IMG/VR virus record: IMGVR_UViG_2643221865_000004
Strand: one strand, 5' to 3'
DNA length: 64,000 nucleotides
Source of the DNA: an uncultured virus (IMG/VR IMGVR_UViG_2643221865_000004)
Lineage: Duplodnaviria; Heunggongvirae; Uroviricota; Caudoviricetes
Shown here: positions 60,778 to 64,000 of the stretch, one piece after another
Layout of the letters: each line of letters begins with the position of its first letter
Position numbering within the stretch: the first letter of the stretch is position 1
Notes under the pieces: model-generated
Told to the model about the DNA's origin: nothing
The model's database searches: none
What the model saw: the letters and a program-made list of their open reading frames with translations, nothing else
Position numbers and translations under genes: made by a program

Positions 60778-61968
60778 CTAGTTCTCGATGAAGTGGGGGA
60801 CGAACTCGGCGAGGTCTCCGGTGATCGGGCCGCTGGTTTCGCGGATGTCGATCCCGGCGGGGGTTTCCCCGACGACCCAGGAGCCGATGATCACGGTCTT
60901 GCCGTTGAGGCGGGCCAGGTTCGCACGCTTCTGGAAGATGAACCCTTCCTCGCCGTACGCGCCGGGCTGTGCCACGTCGACGGAGCCGTCACCCTTGTAC
61001 ACGGTGACGTTCGCGCCTTCACGGCCGAGCCTCGGCTTTGAGACATGTGGCGTACCGCGGAGCTTCTCCGGGCTCTCGTACGTCGCGAGCAGGTTCGGGT
61101 GGTTCGGGAACATCTCCCACAGCACCACGAGGAGCTGCTTGTTGCTGAGCAGCATCTTCCACAGCGGCTCCACCCACTGGGTGTTGTCCTTGGACGGTTC
61201 CAGGAACCCGGCGAACTGCTCCTCACGCATCCACTCCCACGGGTACAGCTTGAAGATGTGGGTGATGTCCTGACCGTCGGAGTCGACGAACTGGTTCCGG
61301 TCGGCGTCGTACTCGACGTCCTCCATGAAGATCAGCTTCGGGGTGAACCCGGCTTCCTTCGCGGTCTCAGCCATGTACGCCACGGTGTCGGCGTCCTCGA
61401 TGATCAGGTCACCGTCGCCGTCGTCGTGCAGCGATGCGAGGTGGAGGACGGTGCCTTCCGGCAGGTTCCAGCGTTCCTCGCGGATGTGCTTCCACTGCTC
61501 GACGAGGAGCTCGTGGATGGCGTTGAACTGGTCGGCGTTCTCGCCGCGGACCTGGACGAGCCACTGCCACTGTGCAGCGGCGGACTCGACGAGGCTGGTG
61601 GGGGTGTCGGCGTTGAACTCCAACATCTTGATCGTGGAGCCGTTGTCGTAGGCGAGGTCGAACCGGCCGTACACGGTCGGGTCGTCGTTGTCCCAGGAGT
61701 CCTTCACCAGCTGGCGGAGGCGTTCCGGGATTCCGAACTCGGCGAGGCGGTCCTCGCGGACGACATGCTCGACGGCGTCCATGCACCGGTCGAACAGCTC
61801 CTTCGTCGCAGCTGCCAGCTCATCCACCTCGCGGGAGGTGAAACCGTACGCGTTCACTTCGTTCCAGTACGGACGTCCGCCTTCGGACTCCAGGTCGTAG
61901 AACGAGAAGCCGATCTGGTCGAACTGCTCCCGCCAGTCGGGACGGGCGGGGGAATCGATGCGACGCAC
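60778..61968 (-). CDS. Glutathionylspermidine synthase-like ATP-grasp ligase (YgiC/YjfC family)
   Basis: YGRFDL, LEFNADTPTSLVE, FKLYPWEWM, EPLWKMLLSNK, KPRLGREGAN, FVPH. Confidence 0.92.
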   Translation of the reverse strand: MRRIDSPARPDWREQFDQIGFSFYDLESEGGRPYWNEVNAYGFTSREVDELAAATKELFDRCMDAVEHVVREDRLAEFGIPERLRQLVKDSWDNDDPTVYGRFDLAYDNGSTIKMLEFNADTPTSLVESAAAQWQWLVQVRGENADQFNAIHELLVEQWKHIREERWNLPEGTVLHLASLHDDGDGDLIIEDADTVAYMAETAKEAGFTPKLIFMEDVEYDADRNQFVDSDGQDITHIFKLYPWEWMREEQFAGFLEPSKDNTQWVEPLWKMLLSNKQLLVVLWEMFPNHPNLLATYESPEKLRGTPHVSKPRLGREGANVTVYKGDGSVDVAQPGAYGEEGFIFQKRANLARLNGKTVIIGSWVVGETPAGIDIRETSGPITGDLAEFVPHFIEN

Positions 61969-62050
61969 AGTGTTCCAATCGTGTCATGGCCACAGCCTGC
62001 GGAATGCAGCGCTGTTGTGGACTTGGCCGGGTTCGCACCGACCGTTTCCG

Positions 62051-62123
62051 CTCCCCCGCCTGGATTCGAACCAAGGCCTGAACAGCTCCAAAGGCTGCCG
62101 TGCTACCGCTACACCACGGGGGA
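62051..62123 (-). tRNA. tRNA-Gln(TTG)
   Basis: TCCCCCG/CGGGGGA acceptor, GCAGC-CTTTGGA-GCTGT anticodon arm, GGTTCGAATCC; CCA not encoded. Confidence 0.92.
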
Positions 62124-62249
62124 TCACTTCTTCTGGACCTACATGCGCGGATCCCGGCCGATTGTTCGGGCAGCTGTCACCCGGACTGGGTTTTGTCGGC
62201 CGTCTTCGCCCGCCGGTAGTGTCGGGCGACCCGAAAGGACCCGAACCTC

Positions 62250-62975
62250 ATGGACAACGAATCCGTCAAGGACGACGCCCAGGCACCAGCAGCCCCTTCG
62301 GTGGCGCCGGCGCCCGCGACAGCCGCAGCGCCGAAGGCTCCACGGGCATCCAAGCCGCGTGTGCCAGGCGCGCCAGCCAAGCCGAAGTCGGCCGCGAAGC
62401 CGAGGAAGAAGCTGTCGAAGACCGCCATCGCGTTGATCGCCGTATCCGGCGTCGCCGTCCTCGGGTGGGCTTCGTTCGCTGTCGCCGTCAACGTCGCCGC
62501 GAACACGAACGATGAGCTCGTCCACGTTCAGGCTGACAACACGAAGATGTCCGGGGAGAAGGACGACCTGATCGGCGACCTGACCGAGATGACGGCGTCA
62601 CGGGACCAGTACATGAACGCGTCCGACGCTGTCGCCAAACGGGAAGAGGCTGTGAAGGTCAAGGAGACGGCGCTGCAGACACGGGAGGACGCCGTGAAAG
62701 GCCGCGAGGATGCGGTCACCGGTGCGGAAGCCCGTGTGGCGCAGACCACATTGAAGGACGGGTACTCCTACATTGTCGGAGTGTCCATGGAGCCCGGCGT
62801 CTACGAGGCGACGTCAGCGAGCGGCACCTGCTACTGGGAGATCAACACCTCCGGCACCAACGGGTCCGACATCGTCGACAACGACCTCGGCGCGCAAGGG
62901 CTGATCCGTGTCACCGTCAGCGGCGGACAGGACTTCAACTCCTCCCGCTGCGGCGACTGGAAGAAGGTCGGCTAG
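62250..62975 (+). CDS. Membrane-anchored coiled-coil protein
   Basis: Basic N-terminus, TM, coiled coil, C-terminal PGVY...CYWEI...CGDW domain. Confidence 0.75.
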   Translation: MDNESVKDDAQAPAAPSVAPAPATAAAPKAPRASKPRVPGAPAKPKSAAKPRKKLSKTAIALIAVSGVAVLGWASFAVAVNVAANTNDELVHVQADNTKMSGEKDDLIGDLTEMTASRDQYMNASDAVAKREEAVKVKETALQTREDAVKGREDAVTGAEARVAQTTLKDGYSYIVGVSMEPGVYEATSASGTCYWEINTSGTNGSDIVDNDLGAQGLIRVTVSGGQDFNSSRCGDWKKVG

Positions 62976-62980
62976 ACCAG

Positions 62981-63619
62981 CTACCAGAGGTTCGCTTCGG
63001 TGCGGCTGATGTCGAACCCGTGCCCGGATGAGGCCCGATCACAGGTCATGCCGTCCTCGCGGGACACGCACACCACTCCCCCGAACGTGATCGACTTACC
63101 GTAGTCCAGAACGGCGACGGTGTCGTCATAGGTGCCGCGGAACGGTTCGTCAGTCCGGCAACCGAACTTCACCGGGTCGTCACCGACACCTTCGACGCTG
63201 CCGACCATGTGGCAATGCTCGCTCGGCCGTGGCCCCGGATCGAACGTGAACTCCTTCGCCTTACAGCCCCAGAAATCCCAGTCGGTGCCCGCCTCGAAGA
63301 TGGTGCAGACGATGTTCCGTGACGGGCTGACGAAGTCAACGCCGTCGCCTCCAGTCTCCGACATGTCCATGAACAGGCCAGGGTTCACCGGGACGACAAC
63401 CTCGGCGGCCGGCGGGTCGGTCACCAGCTGTTCCGGGGTCTCGGTGGCGACTGGTGGCAGCGTCTCGGTCGGCGCCGGGACGCTGGTCGAGGTTGGTTCG
63501 GTGGCCGCCGGCAGGTCGACCCCAGTGGAGGGGGTCGGAGCGGAAGAGGCGCCGGCGCATCCGGTCAGGATGACGGCAAGCGCCCCGACCGTGGCCAAGG
63601 AGATGAGGGTGCGGCGCAA
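62981..63619 (-). CDS. Putative lipoprotein
   Basis: GGAAGGA RBS and TTG start; LTGC lipobox; FVSPSRNIVC...LDYGKSI..G.V.C. Confidence 0.7.
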   Translation of the reverse strand: MRRTLISLATVGALAVILTGCAGASSAPTPSTGVDLPAATEPTSTSVPAPTETLPPVATETPEQLVTDPPAAEVVVPVNPGLFMDMSETGGDGVDFVSPSRNIVCTIFEAGTDWDFWGCKAKEFTFDPGPRPSEHCHMVGSVEGVGDDPVKFGCRTDEPFRGTYDDTVAVLDYGKSITFGGVVCVSREDGMTCDRASSGHGFDISRTEANLW

Positions 63620-63681
63620 GAAGGTTCCTTCCAGTCTGCGGTGACGCAGGTGGGACATGTGGCAGAGCCTCCGCGATCCTC

Positions 63682-63999
63682 TCAGCTGATCCGTTCGACG
63701 TGCGCGAAGACGGCAGGCCAATCGTTGTGGTCGAAGTTCTTCTCACCGGTGTGGTGCGTGAACCGGTACACGCCAGGGGTCACGTCCACGACGGGCATCG
63801 TCCACGGGAGGTCGGCGGGGTTGGCTCCGTTGACCATCCACTCAGCGAGCTCTTTGAGCCGGTAGGAGTTGTCGTCGTCCAGGTCCGGCTTCGCCAGCCA
63901 GGTGGTGAGCTTGCCGAGCCAGTCGTCGTAGTCGGCGATCGAGTACGCCCACAGGTCGGTGCAGATCGAAGCGAGCTCCGTACCCTCCGGGTTCCCGTC
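63682..63999 (-). CDS. Hypothetical protein, 5' end outside the window
   Basis: Open frame ...ICTDLWAYSIADYDDW...VTPGVYRFTHH...HVERIS*. Confidence 0.6.
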   Translation of the reverse strand, partial: DGNPEGTELASICTDLWAYSIADYDDWLGKLTTWLAKPDLDDDNSYRLKELAEWMVNGANPADLPWTMPVVDVTPGVYRFTHHTGEKNFDHNDWPAVFAHVERIS

Positions 64000-64000
64000 C

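Overview
High-GC 64-kb segment that reads as part of a large actinobacterial (probably Microbacteriaceae-like) extrachromosomal element, a megaplasmid or phage-like replicon. No virion, integrase, transposase or CRISPR genes were recognised. Contents: (1) a replication block with dnaE (cut by the left edge), a Holliday-junction resolvase, a TOPRIM primase-helicase and an AT-rich putative origin flanked by an exact 29-bp inverted repeat; (2) a divergent operon of a ParA/MinD-like ATPase, an unknown protein, an mIHF-like protein and a divergent sigma-70-like factor, followed by a tandem pseudoknotted structured element; (3) nucleotide-metabolism genes (nrdIE, nrdF, dut, tandem NT5C, two Nudix, HD hydrolase, metallophosphoesterase, SLOG); (4) a type IV pilus cluster with non-canonical 'IDLASIMVG' pilins; (5) two class E sortases, cell-wall hydrolases and Ig-repeat surface proteins; (6) tRNA-Cys and tRNA-Gln. 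The strongest unexplained signal is two families of short motifs (CGCCACATG and YCGCRCAY) lying in sense orientation upstream of most transcription units, often at fixed spacing from start codons with no RBS. I infer a private, element-encoded sigma-factor regulon with leaderless transcripts. All family assignments come from motif recognition by eye, not database searches.
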